Positions 1-9,329 are shown, counted from the stretch's first letter. The stretch is 64,000 nucleotides of DNA from an uncultured Chloroflexia bacterium (GCA_963712585.1 CAVQIH010000012.1:138210-202209); one strand, 5' to 3'. Program-made: numbers and translations. Notes: generated by a model from the sequence alone, not told the origin.

Positions 1-371
1 CGGAGGACGGCCCGGATCCGGGCCAGGAGCTCAGCGCTGCCGAACGGCTTGGTCACGTAGTCGTCCGCCCCCAGCTCGAGCGCGCGGACCTTCTCGTCCT
101 CGCGGTCGCGGGCCGAGAGGATGAGGATCGGGGTGGCGGCCTCGCGGCGCATCCGCCGCACGACAGCGCTCCCGTCGGCATCGGGCAACCCCAGGTCAAG
201 CACGACGAGGTCGGGTCGCCCGGCGGCCCAGCGCTCCATGGCGCCAGCGGCGTCGCCCACCTCGGTGACCCGGAAGGCGTGCCGGCGCAGGTAAGCCGCC
301 ACGCCCTCACGGGTGTCGACGTCGTCCTCGACGAGGAGGACCGTGGCGCCGGGTTCGCTCTCGCTCGTCAT
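1..371 (-). CDS. kdpE: OmpR/KdpE-type response regulator, 5' part only (receiver domain; the output domain lies left of the window)
   Basis: This gene is absent from the ORF track because it runs off the window edge. Reverse translation from the ATG at 369-371 gives MTSESEPGATVLLVEDDVDTREG..PDLVVLDLGLPDADG..ILILSARDREDEKVRALELGADDYVTKPFG, a canonical receiver domain. It is the last gene of the co-directional kdp array, next to the KdpD N-terminal-domain gene. Confidence 0.8.
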   Translation of the reverse strand, partial: MTSESEPGATVLLVEDDVDTREGVAAYLRRHAFRVTEVGDAAGAMERWAAGRPDLVVLDLGLPDADGSAVVRRMRREAATPILILSARDREDEKVRALELGADDYVTKPFGSAELLARIRAVL

Positions 372-423
372 TGGAGGAGATCGTAGCCCCCCGCGACCGG
401 CCGGGGGGCCCCGGCCTGCGAGC

Positions 424-1611
424 TCAGGGCTCTGCGGACATCTCCGGCGTCACCAGGTGGATGTCGACGCCCGGCATCCGGTCGAGCAGCTGGGTCGCCA
501 GCGAGTGCCGGACCAGGCGGGTAAGGCCCCGAGGCGGGCGGTGGCCGACCACCAGGTGGCTCACCCTCCGGCTCGAGACCGCCGCCACGACCCCGCTCAC
601 GAGGTCGTCCGCCCTCCGCCGCACGATCTCCGCCCCGAGGTCGCCGGCATACTCGAGGTCCTCGCGCAGGTCCTGCTGACGATCGTGCGGCAGCCGCTCG
701 AATTCGGGCGTCTCCACGAACAAGGCATCGAACGGCACGTGCATCGCGGCGGATACCGAGGCGGCTCGCCTGATCACCCGATGCGCCCCGGGACCGGGCT
801 CCACGACCACCATCACCCGGTCGCCGACCGGCAACGGGCCGGCCGGCTCGATCGCGGTCATGATGTCCTGGAGCTCTTCGTCGACCCGCTGGGTGACCCG
901 CCGCAGCGAGAGCTCGCGGAGGGCAGTGAGGTTGGCCTCGGTGAAGAAGCGATCCAGCGCGACGCGCGCCCGATCGGGCGGGTAGACGTTCCCGTGGCGG
1001 ATCCGCTGGCGCAGCGCGTGGGGGCTCATGTCGACGAGCTCGATCTCGTCCGCCATCTCGAGCACGTCGTCGGGGAGCCGTTCGCGAACGGGGGCGCCGG
1101 TGATCGTCTCGACCGCGTCGGCGACCAATTCGAGGTGCTGGATGTTGCAGGTCGTGATCACGTCGATGCCGGCGTCCCGGATCAGCTCGACGTCCTCCCA
1201 GCGCTTCACGTGGGGAGATCCCGGAGCGTTGGTGTGGGCGAGCTCGTCGATGAAGGCGACCCGGGGCCGGCGGGCGATGACTGCGTCGGTGTCCATCTCC
1301 TCGACGGTCACGCCCTGGTACTCGACGCGCAGGCGGGGCAGGACCTCCAATCCCTCGAGGAGCGCCTCCGTGCGGGGCCGGCCGTGGCACTCGGCGAACC
1401 CGACTACGATGTCCGTGCCACGCTCGTGACGGCGGTGAACCTCTTCGAGCGCGCTGTAGGTCTTGCCGACCCCCGGGGCCATCCCGAGGTAGACCCGCAG
1501 CCGGCCTCGGGCACCCTCCTCGCGCTCTCCATGGTCGGCCGCCTCCGCGCGGAGGCGCGCCAGCATCGCCTCGCTGCTCGGGCGCTGGGGCTCGTCCCGC
1601 CTAGTCGCCAT
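424..1611 (-). CDS. kdpD: KdpD N-terminal sensor domain plus USP domain protein (395 aa, no membrane or kinase part)
   Basis: The ORF-track protein carries the KdpD-N Walker A motif (LGMAPGVGKTY). It also has ..FIDELAHTN..RWEDVELIRDAGIDVITTCNIQHLE..PHALRQRIRHGNVY and a USP-like C-terminal third. It stops where the membrane region of full-length KdpD would begin. Confidence 0.85.
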   Translation of the reverse strand: MATRRDEPQRPSSEAMLARLRAEAADHGEREEGARGRLRVYLGMAPGVGKTYSALEEVHRRHERGTDIVVGFAECHGRPRTEALLEGLEVLPRLRVEYQGVTVEEMDTDAVIARRPRVAFIDELAHTNAPGSPHVKRWEDVELIRDAGIDVITTCNIQHLELVADAVETITGAPVRERLPDDVLEMADEIELVDMSPHALRQRIRHGNVYPPDRARVALDRFFTEANLTALRELSLRRVTQRVDEELQDIMTAIEPAGPLPVGDRVMVVVEPGPGAHRVIRRAASVSAAMHVPFDALFVETPEFERLPHDRQQDLREDLEYAGDLGAEIVRRRADDLVSGVVAAVSSRRVSHLVVGHRPPRGLTRLVRHSLATQLLDRMPGVDIHLVTPEMSAEP

Positions 1612-1874
1612 CAGCTCGAGCCGTTCGTCACGAGCTCGTCGGCCACCTCCACGACGATCGAGGCCCCCACGTCCTCCATGTTCCAGATCGGCCGCAGCGC
1701 CACGTGGGCCGCGGCCGCGGCCGCCTTCGCGGCCGGCAGGAGCTCCTCGCCGTAGCGGATCCCCGCCAGGGTGACCCTGGGCGCGTGGCCCGAGGCCACC
1801 ATCTCGATCGCCGAGCGGATCGTTTCGAGCTCTCTGGCCAGCTCGTCCCGGGTGTCGCGATCAACATCGCTCAC
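1611..1874 (-). CDS. Hypothetical 87-aa protein embedded in the kdp operon
   Basis: The ORF has a GTG start (1872-1874) that overlaps the kdpC stop as GTGA. Its stop overlaps the kdpD-N ATG as TGATG. Codon third positions are GC-rich like the neighbouring genes. I recognise no family. Confidence 0.45.
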   Translation of the reverse strand: MSDVDRDTRDELARELETIRSAIEMVASGHAPRVTLAGIRYGEELLPAAKAAAAAAHVALRPIWNMEDVGASIVVEVADELVTNGSS

Positions 1875-2452
1875 TTGAGGACTCCGTCGAGATCGAGGTT
1901 CAGCTCGAGGACGTTCACCCGTGGCTCGCCGAGGAAACCAAGGAGCTGACCCTCGGTGTGGCGACTGACCGCCTCGCGTATGGCATCTTCGCTCATCCCG
2001 CGGGCCGCGGCCACCCTGGCCACCTGGTACTCGGCGGCCGCCGGGCTGATGTGGGGGTCGAATCCGGACGCCGAAGTCGTGACGAGATCGACCGGGATCG
2101 GAGCGTTGCCGTTGGCCGCTCGCAGCCGATCCACTTCGGCCGTGATTCGGTCGATGAGCGCCTGGCTCGTCGGGCCGAGCTGGGAGCCGGCGGAGGCGTT
2201 GGCGTCGTAGCCATCCTTGCCGGCCGCCGACGGCCGGCCCCAGAAGTACTTCGGATCGTCGAAGGCCTGACCGATCAGGCTGGAGCCCACGGTCTTGCCG
2301 TCGACGACGATGAGGGAGCCGTTCGCCTGGGACGGGAAGGCGACCTGCCCGATGGCCCAGACCCCGGCCGGATAGGCGACCCCGGTGATGAGGGTGAGAG
2401 CGATGAGGAGGGCGACGGCCGGCCAGAGTTGCCGGCGGACGAAGTTAGGCAT
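1871..2452 (-). CDS. kdpC: Potassium-transporting ATPase subunit C
   Basis: The 193-aa ORF has an N-terminal membrane anchor. It shows typical KdpC blocks (GSLI..DGK..GSSLIGQ.F..P.YFWGRPSA, TSASGFDPHISPAAAEYQ..RVA..RG). Confidence 0.9.
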   Translation of the reverse strand: MPNFVRRQLWPAVALLIALTLITGVAYPAGVWAIGQVAFPSQANGSLIVVDGKTVGSSLIGQAFDDPKYFWGRPSAAGKDGYDANASAGSQLGPTSQALIDRITAEVDRLRAANGNAPIPVDLVTTSASGFDPHISPAAAEYQVARVAAARGMSEDAIREAVSRHTEGQLLGFLGEPRVNVLELNLDLDGVLK

Positions 2453-2464
2453 CTCGGTCCGTTC

Positions 2465-4526
2465 CTATGCCAAGTGCAGGGCGGCCACGAGGAGGTCGAT
2501 CGCCTTGATCCCGATGAAGGGGGCGACGATCCCGCCGAGGCCGTAGATGAGGAGGTTGCGCTGGAGGAGCTCGCTCGCCGGCGCCGCCCGGAACGACACG
2601 CCCCGCAATGCCAGCGGGATGAGCGCGACGATGATCAAGGCGTTGAAGATGACGGCCGAGAGGATCGCGCTCTGCGGCGTGGCCAGGCCCATGACGTTGA
2701 GGGCGTTGAGCTCCGGATAGACCACGATGAACATCGCCGGGACGATCGCGAAGTACTTGGCCACGTCGTTGGCGATCGAGAACGTCGTGATCGAGCCGCG
2801 GGTGATGAGCAGCTGCTTGCCGATCGCGATCACTTCGAGCAGCTTGGTCGGGTCGGAGTCGAGGTCGACCATGTTGGCCGCCTCCTTGCAGGCCGACGTC
2901 CCGCTGTTCATGGCGAGTCCCACGTCCGCCTGGGCGACGGCGGGTGCATCGTTGGTCCCGTCACCGGTCATGGCCACGAGATGGCCCTCGGCCTGCTCGC
3001 GGCGGATGAAGCCGATCTTGTCCTCGGGGGTCGCCTGGGCGATGAAGTCGTCGACGCCGGCCTCGCGGGCGATGGTCGCCGCGGTCCGCGGGTTGTCGCC
3101 GGTCACCATGACGGTCCGGATGCCCATCTTGCGGAACTCGGCGAAGCGCTCGGGCAGGCCCTCCTTGACGGTATCCTTGAGCTCGATGAGGCCGATCGCG
3201 CGGCCGTCCCGGCGGATGGCGAGCGGTGTCGCGCCGGCATCGGCGATCCGATCGGTAGCCGCGAGGAGCTCGGCCGGCATGGAGCCGTCGAGCCCGGCGC
3301 CGATGGCGTCGACTGCCCCCTTGAGGACCGTCTGGCCGGACGACAGCCGGACGCCGCTGCTGCGGGTCTCGGCCCGGAACGGCATGAACTCGGCGATCTC
3401 GCCGGCCAGCCGCTTGAGGCCGGCCTCGTCATCGGTGCCGGCCGGGCCACCCAGCTCGGCCAGGCGCTCCCGGGCCAGCTCGACGATCGAGCGGCCTTCC
3501 GGGGTTTCGTCCTGGACCGAGGTGACGAGGGCGGCGGTGAGGGCCTCCATCTCAGGCACTCCGGGCGCCGGGGTGATGGAGGCCGCCAGCCGGTTGCCGT
3601 AGGTGATCGTGCCGGTCTTGTCGAGCAGGATGACGTCGACGTCACCGGACGCCTCCACGGCCCGACCGCTCATCGCCAACACGTTGAAGCGGGCGACGCG
3701 GTCCATGCCGGCGATGCCGATCGCGGAGAGAAGACCGCCGATCGTGGTCGGGATCAGGCACACCAGGAGCGCCACGAGGGCCACCGTGTCGACGGTGGTA
3801 CCGGCGAAGAGCCCGAACGGCCGCAGGGTCACGGTCGCCATGAGGAAGACGACGGTCAAGCCGGCCAGCAGGATCGCGAGGGCGATCTCATTGGGCGTGC
3901 GCTGGCGCTTGGCGCCCTCGACGAGCGCGATCATCCGATCGAGGAAGGTTTCGCCCGGATCGGCCGTGACGCGGACGACGAGCCGGTCGCTGGTGAGCGT
4001 GGTCCCGCCGGTGACGCTCGAGCGGATGTCCGTCCCGGGCTCCTTGAGGACCGGCGCCGATTCGCCCGTGATGGCCGCCTCGTTGACGTAGGCCACGCCC
4101 TCGATGACGTCGCCGTCGCCGGGGATCGTCTCGCCCTCCTCGACCACGATGACGTCGCCCTTGCGGAGCTCGGAGGAGCCGACGCTCTTCGAGGGATCCG
4201 TCGGCCCGGCGGCGATGGGCCGTCGTCTCCGAGCGCGTCCGCCGCAGGGTCGCCGCCTGGGCGCGCCCGCGCGCCTCGGCGACGGCCTCGGCGTAGGTGG
4301 CGAAGAGGACGGTGAACCAGAGCCAGGCCGCGATCTGGACCTGGAACCCGAGGCCGGCGGGCCCGGTCACCGGCTGCCATCCGGTCCCGTTGGCGACGGC
4401 GATGAGAGTCACAAGGACCGCGGTGATCTCGACGACGAACATCACCGGGTTCTTGATCAGGAGGCGGGGGTCCAGCTTGCGGAACGCGTGGGGGATGGCC
4501 GCCCGCAGGAGCTCGGGATCGAACAC
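2465..4526 (-). pseudogene. kdpB: Potassium-transporting ATPase subunit B (P-type ATPase), reading frame broken once near 4185
   Basis: The N-terminal 110 aa or so lie in the frame of ORF 3888-4526 (..[30 protein letters not shown]). The remainder lies in ORF 2465-4147 (..[67 protein letters not shown]). A single 1-nt shift joins the two frames. Confidence 0.9.
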
Positions 4527-4647
4527 GCCCCGCGGCCGAGGGCGGCTCGCCCTCAGGCTTCGCCCCGCCGAGGGTGACGAAGCGCTGGAAGCGCCGCGTG
4601 CCCCGGCCGAGGTCGATCGACATCAGGGAACGAGTCAGGCTCATGAC

Positions 4648-6357
4648 TCAGAAGACCCTTCCGGCGTTCTGGAGCAGCTGCTCCACGATGGGACCCAGCG
4701 CCAGGGCCGGGAAGAAGGTCAGCGCGCCGACGATCACGATCACGCCGATGAGGAGCACGCTGAAGAGGACGCCGGTCGTGGGGAACGTGCCGAGCGATGG
4801 CGCCACGCGCCGCTTGGCGGCCATCGAGCCGGCGAGGGCCAGGATCGGCACGATCATGCCGTAGCGCCCGATGAGCATCGCGAAGCTGCCGGTGACGTTG
4901 TAGAAGGGGGTGTTGCCGGTCAGCCCCGCGAAGGCCGAGCCGTTGTTGCCGGTCTGGCTGGAGAACGCGTAGAGGATCTCGCTGAAGCCGTGCGGGCCCT
5001 TGTTCAGGGGACCGGCCAGGCCCTCCTGGGTGACCGTGGCGAGGGCGGTGAAGCCGAGGATGCTCGCCCCCAGCACCAGCACGACCAGCATCGCCATCTT
5101 CATCTCGTAGGCCTCGACCTTCTTGCCGAGGTACTCGGGGGTGCGGCCGACCATGAGCCCCGCGATGAAGACCGACAGGATCGCTCCGATCACGAGCATG
5201 CCGTACATGCCGGCGCCGATCCCGCCCGGCGTGATCTCGCCGAGCTCCATGTTGAAGAGCGGCACCAGGCCGGCGATCGGCTGGAAGCTGTCGTGCCAGG
5301 CGTTGATGGCGCCGGTGCTGGTGCTCGTCGTGACAGCCGCCCAGAGCGCACCGGGAGCCGCCCCGAAGCGGATCTCTTTGCCCTCCATGTTGCCGAGGGC
5401 CTGGTCGACGCCGCCCGGGAACAGCGGGTTGCCGCCAGCTTCCCCGTACATCGCCACGACGGCGCCGACGAGGAAGACCGCGGCCATGGCCCCGAAGATC
5501 GCCCAGCCCTGGCGCTGATTGCCGGCGAACTTGCCGAACGTGAAGGTCAGGGAGAAGGGGATCGCGAACATCGCGACCATCTCGAGGAAGTTGGTGATCG
5601 GCGTCGGGTTCTCGAACGGATGGGCGGAGTTCGCGTTCATGAAGCCGCCGCCGTTGTTGCCCAGCTCCTTGATGATCTCCTGGGATGCCACCGGGCCCAC
5701 GGCGATCGTCTGGCTGGCGCCCTGGACGGTCGTCGCCGCGGCCGGTCCGTCGAAGGTCTGGGGGACACCCTGCCAGACGAGAATGATCGCCCCGACGACG
5801 GCGATCGGCAGGAGCACGTAGAGGACGCCCCGGGTGAGATCGACCCAGTAGTTGCCGATCGTCTTGGAGCTGCGGCGGGTCAGGCCCCTGATCAGGGCGA
5901 TCGCGATCGCCATGCCGGTCGCGGCGGAGGTGAAGTTGCGGACGGCGAGGGTGATCATCTGGCTGAAGTAGCTCGCACCGGTCTCGCCCGAGTAGTTCTG
6001 CCAGTTCGTGTTCGTCTCGAAGCTGACCGACGTGTTGAGGGCCAGGTCGGGGGTCATCGGCGTGGCAGCGTTCGGATTGAGCGGCAGGACGTCCTGGATC
6101 CGCAGCAGGACGTAGCCGATGACGATCGCACCGAGGGCCATGACGAGGACGGAGAGCGTGTAGCCCTTCCAGTCCTGCTCGGCCGTCTCGTCGATCCCGC
6201 AGATCCGGTAGACGGAGCGCTCCACGGGTCGCAGGACCGGACTCAGGAAGGTCCGCTCCCCCGACATGACGCGCGCGATGTAGCCGCCGAGGAGCGGGGT
6301 GATCGCCAGGATCACCACCGCGAAGGCGACCAGGGTGAGGAAGTCGGCGACCGGCAC
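4648..6357 (-). CDS. kdpA: Potassium-transporting ATPase subunit A
   Basis: This is an intact 569-aa polytopic ORF with KdpA blocks (NTNWQNYSGE, NNGGGF, GTNGSAF-like GNNGSAFAG). The start is GTG at 6355-6357. Confidence 0.95.
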   Translation of the reverse strand: MPVADFLTLVAFAVVILAITPLLGGYIARVMSGERTFLSPVLRPVERSVYRICGIDETAEQDWKGYTLSVLVMALGAIVIGYVLLRIQDVLPLNPNAATPMTPDLALNTSVSFETNTNWQNYSGETGASYFSQMITLAVRNFTSAATGMAIAIALIRGLTRRSSKTIGNYWVDLTRGVLYVLLPIAVVGAIILVWQGVPQTFDGPAAATTVQGASQTIAVGPVASQEIIKELGNNGGGFMNANSAHPFENPTPITNFLEMVAMFAIPFSLTFTFGKFAGNQRQGWAIFGAMAAVFLVGAVVAMYGEAGGNPLFPGGVDQALGNMEGKEIRFGAAPGALWAAVTTSTSTGAINAWHDSFQPIAGLVPLFNMELGEITPGGIGAGMYGMLVIGAILSVFIAGLMVGRTPEYLGKKVEAYEMKMAMLVVLVLGASILGFTALATVTQEGLAGPLNKGPHGFSEILYAFSSQTGNNGSAFAGLTGNTPFYNVTGSFAMLIGRYGMIVPILALAGSMAAKRRVAPSLGTFPTTGVLFSVLLIGVIVIVGALTFFPALALGPIVEQLLQNAGRVF

Positions 6358-6359
6358 GA

Positions 6360-6449
6360 TCAGAAATCCTCCGGCCGGAGGAGTGCCCAGACGAGGTAGA
6401 CGAAGGCGAACACTGTCGCCAAAGCGGTCAGCAGCTCGAGGGCGTTCAC
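6360..6449 (-). CDS. kdpF: KdpF, small hydrophobic subunit (29 aa)
   Basis: This gene is not in the ORF track. Reverse translation gives VNALELLTALATVFAFVYLVWALLRPEDF, which ends in the KdpF-like YL..ALLRPE.F tail. It lies 2 nt upstream of kdpA. Confidence 0.75.
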   Translation of the reverse strand: MNALELLTALATVFAFVYLVWALLRPEDF

Positions 6450-6535
6450 CGGCCCACCCGGTCGCAGAGGACCAGATAGCCCGCGAAAACCAGCACGCAG
6501 GCGACGGCGATGAGGAGGATGTGCAGGTCGGTCAC
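6446..6535 (-). CDS. Second 29-codon hydrophobic micro-ORF immediately upstream of kdpF
   Basis: Reverse translation gives VTDLHILLIAVACVLVFAGYLVLCDRVGR. Its GTG start overlaps the stop of the receiver gene as GTGA, and its stop overlaps the kdpF GTG as GTGA. It has the same length as kdpF. Confidence 0.4.
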   Translation of the reverse strand: MTDLHILLIAVACVLVFAGYLVLCDRVGR

Positions 6536-6942
6536 GGTTCGGTTGGGCCTCCCTGAGCGCCGACCAGGCGCTCGATCGTGGCGAGAAGGGTCGGCATCGC
6601 GAACGGTTTGGGCAGGTAGCCAGCCACGTGGAACTCGGCGAGCCGGTGCGAGCTGATCGGGACGGCGCTCACGATGACGACGGGCGGGTCGCCCATCGCC
6701 TGGAGCGTGGCGTGGCGCAGGAAGCCCCAGCCCGACGAACCGGGCAGGTTGATGTCGAGCAGGACGATCCGTGGAACCAGGCCGGCGCGCGTTGTCTCCT
6801 CCGCTTCCTCGGCCGACCCGGCGACCACGACGCGATGCCCGTGCGCCTCGAGGTGACGTGCGATCAGGTCCGCCAGGGTCCGGTCGTCCTCGATGAGGAG
6901 GATCGGACGTGCCGCGTCGGGCTCACCTGCTTGGTCGGCCAT
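6532..6942 (-). CDS. Single-domain (CheY-like) response regulator receiver, no output domain
   Basis: The 136-aa ORF has PILLIEDD, VLLDINLPG and YLPKPF motifs. It ends directly after the receiver fold. Confidence 0.85.
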   Translation of the reverse strand: MADQAGEPDAARPILLIEDDRTLADLIARHLEAHGHRVVVAGSAEEAEETTRAGLVPRIVLLDINLPGSSGWGFLRHATLQAMGDPPVVIVSAVPISSHRLAEFHVAGYLPKPFAMPTLLATIERLVGAQGGPTEP

Positions 6943-7067
6943 GCCCCGAACGTACGGCCGAGCCCCAAGAGGCAGCGAGCCCTGCCGGACGGAAGGCGCT
7001 CAGGAGATCCTCAAGATCGACAACGGGACCGGCCGGGAGCCACCCCAGGCCCGCGGAGCGTGCGGGA

Positions 7068-8663
7068 TCAGCTCTCCGGCGCGGAGACTCGAGGCTCGGC
7101 CGCGGCAAGCTCGATCGACGCCGACAGCCCTCCCAGCTCGCTTCGGCCGAGCTCGAGCCGGCCACCCATGGCCTCCACGAAGCCGCGCACCACCGTGAGA
7201 CCGATGCCGAGACCGGGCCGGGAACCGCCGCCCTGGCGACGAGCACGGAAGAAGCGCTCGGTCAGCCGTCCGAGGTCCTCGTCGGCGACACCCGGGCCGG
7301 CATCCTCGACCGTGATTCGAACCGCCCGTCCGGCGTCGGCCGGCGAGGCTGAGACCCGGATCGCCGCCCCTGGCGGCACGTACTTGGCGGCGTTCTCCAG
7401 GAGGTTGGTCAGGACCTGGTCGGCGTACACGCCGTCGGCGAGGACCGGCGGCAGCGTCGTCGGGACCTCGAGCGCCAGGGAGTGCCCCGCCAACCGTGGC
7501 CGCAGGCGCTCGACGACCGGCTCGACGAGGTCGGCGACGTCGTATGGCTCGAGCTCCGGCCGCAAGTTGCCCGCCTCGATCCGGCTGAGATCCAGCACGT
7601 TGCGGACGATCCGGTCGAGTCGCTCGGCCTCCGTGTCGATCGAGGCGGCCATCCGCCGCCCTTCGTCGGCAGTCCATGCCACCTCGGGATCGGCCAGGTT
7701 GCCTGCTGCGGCGCGGATCGCGGCGAGCGGGGTGCGCAGATCGTGCGAGACGGAGTCGAGGAGCGAGGACTTGAGGGCGTCACTTCGCCGAACGATCTCG
7801 GCATCGGTCGCATCGGCCGCGAGGCGGTCGCGCCTCAGGACCTGGCCGATCTGGTCGGCTGCCGCCGAGAGGATCCGGGTCTCCGCTCGATCGGGCACGC
7901 CCCCGCGGTACGGCCGGACCGCCCAGAGGGAGCCGATCGGCTTGGTGTCCGCCGTGATGGCCACCCGGAATGTGCCACTCGAGCCCGTCGAGGCCCGCTC
8001 CGTCCCGCGGGCCGCGGGCGTGCCTGACGTGTGCGTCCGGACCCATTCGGCCGGCTCGTCACCAGGGGTTCGCCGGAGGACGCTGAAGGTCGGCGGAGTC
8101 CGCTCCGGTGGCTGCGCGCCGTCCCCGCCGCTGTCCGCGATCACTCGCTCCTGGGCCGCCGTGGACCCCACCCCGATCCAAACGCGACTCATCCGGGTGT
8201 CCGTGCAGAGGTGCTCGAGGACGGTCGGCAGGGCCTCGCGCGCTCGGTCGGCCGTGGCCAGCGTCCGGCTCACGAAGAACAGCGCCCGCGATTCACGAGC
8301 CCTCAGGACGGCCTCTTCCGCACGGTCCCTCTGCAGGCCCGCCAGGCGGCCGGTGACGATCGCCACGACCAGGAAGAGCACGAGCTCGAGCCATTCCTGA
8401 GGATCCGCGACGGTGAGCGTGTAGCGAGGGTCGATGAAGAAGAAGTCGTAGACGAGGAAGGCGGCGACCGAGGCCGCCACGGCCGACCAGGTGCCGTCGA
8501 TGGCCGCCACGGCCACGACCGCGAGCAGGTAGAGCCCCGATGCATCGCCGAGGCCGAGGCTCCCCTCGAGGACCGCCACGCAGCCAGTCGCGACGGTGAT
8601 CGAGGCGGCCACGATCGCCGTCGCGCGCAGGAGGCGGGCAGGGTCCAATGGTGATCTCGCCAT
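7068..8663 (-). CDS. kdpD: Sensor histidine kinase corresponding to the C-terminal half of KdpD (membrane region, GAF-like, HisKA, HATPase_c)
   Basis: The 531-aa ORF starts directly with hydrophobic helices in a DUF4118-like arrangement. It has the H-box SVSHDLRTPLAAI, the N-box LTNLLENAAKY and G-boxes VEDAGPGV and GLGIGLTVV. Confidence 0.85.
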   Translation of the reverse strand: MARSPLDPARLLRATAIVAASITVATGCVAVLEGSLGLGDASGLYLLAVVAVAAIDGTWSAVAASVAAFLVYDFFFIDPRYTLTVADPQEWLELVLFLVVAIVTGRLAGLQRDRAEEAVLRARESRALFFVSRTLATADRAREALPTVLEHLCTDTRMSRVWIGVGSTAAQERVIADSGGDGAQPPERTPPTFSVLRRTPGDEPAEWVRTHTSGTPAARGTERASTGSSGTFRVAITADTKPIGSLWAVRPYRGGVPDRAETRILSAAADQIGQVLRRDRLAADATDAEIVRRSDALKSSLLDSVSHDLRTPLAAIRAAAGNLADPEVAWTADEGRRMAASIDTEAERLDRIVRNVLDLSRIEAGNLRPELEPYDVADLVEPVVERLRPRLAGHSLALEVPTTLPPVLADGVYADQVLTNLLENAAKYVPPGAAIRVSASPADAGRAVRITVEDAGPGVADEDLGRLTERFFRARRQGGGSRPGLGIGLTVVRGFVEAMGGRLELGRSELGGLSASIELAAAEPRVSAPES

Positions 8664-8675
8664 TACCTCGGCATC

Positions 8676-9329
8676 CTAGAACCCGAGGGCCACCAGGATT
8701 CGCGCCATCCTGCGGGCCGCGCGGGCCCGATGGGAGACGGCCTGCTTTCGGGCCGCCGACCACAGGCCCACGGTGTCGCCCCCTGGGGGCTCCGCCACCG
8801 GCTCGAAGATGGGATCGTAGCCGAAGCCGTTGGCGCCCAGCGATGCCGTCGCGATCCGGCCTTCGAACGTGCCTCGCGCCAGGCGGACAGGGATGCCACC
8901 GCGAGGACCGGTCGCCTCGGGCAGGGCAAGGGCGAGGACGCAGCGGTAGCGGGCCCGGCGTTGATCGGACGGCAGGCCGGCGAGCGCCACGAGGAGCTTG
9001 GCGTTGTTGTCGGCGTCGGTGGCGCCCGCGCCGGCATAGCGGCGGGTCCGCACGCCCGGTGCGCCGCCGAGCGCGTCGACCTCGATGCCCGAATCGTCGG
9101 CCAGCGTCGGTAGGCCACTGAGTCGCGCGTAGGAACGGGCCTTGAGGCGTGCGTTGGCCGCGAAGGTCCGGCCATCCTCGACCGGCTCGTCGGAGATCCC
9201 GAGGTCGGCGAGCGAGACGAGGATCGCCCGCTGGAGGCGCAGGAGATCGCGCAGCTCGGCCAGCTTGTGGGTCGAGCGGGTCGCCACCAGGAGGCGCAGG
9301 CGGCCATCCGAGGCGCTATCCCGACTCAC
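8676..9329 (-). CDS. rdgB: Non-canonical purine NTP pyrophosphatase (RdgB/HAM1)
   Basis: The frame is intact when started at the GTG at 9327-9329, which overlaps the rph stop as GTGA. The translation includes [57 protein letters not shown] track entry 8676-10112 is this gene fused to out-of-frame rph sequence. Confidence 0.9.
   Translation of the reverse strand: MSRDSASDGRLRLLVATRSTHKLAELRDLLRLQRAILVSLADLGISDEPVEDGRTFAANARLKARSYARLSGLPTLADDSGIEVDALGGAPGVRTRRYAGAGATDADNNAKLLVALAGLPSDQRRARYRCVLALALPEATGPRGGIPVRLARGTFEGRIATASLGANGFGYDPIFEPVAEPPGGDTVGLWSAARKQAVSHRARAARRMARILVALGF

Noticed and set aside
1958-6399. Very long plus-strand ORFs (1958-4315, 785 aa; 4297-6399, 700 aa) lie opposite kdpB and kdpA. 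Similar cases are 9149-11347, 40885-43071, 53367-54995 and 55053-58262.
   Set aside because: They are Arg/Gly/Asp/Pro-rich, low-complexity antisense shadows of well-supported minus-strand genes. Such stop-free antisense frames are expected at this GC content. None carries a recognisable motif.
6943-7067. I considered a possible kdp promoter or riboswitch in the 125-nt gap between the kinase and the receiver gene.
   Set aside because: I could find no convincing -35/-10 pair or conserved structure. The gap is too short for a known c-di-AMP riboswitch.
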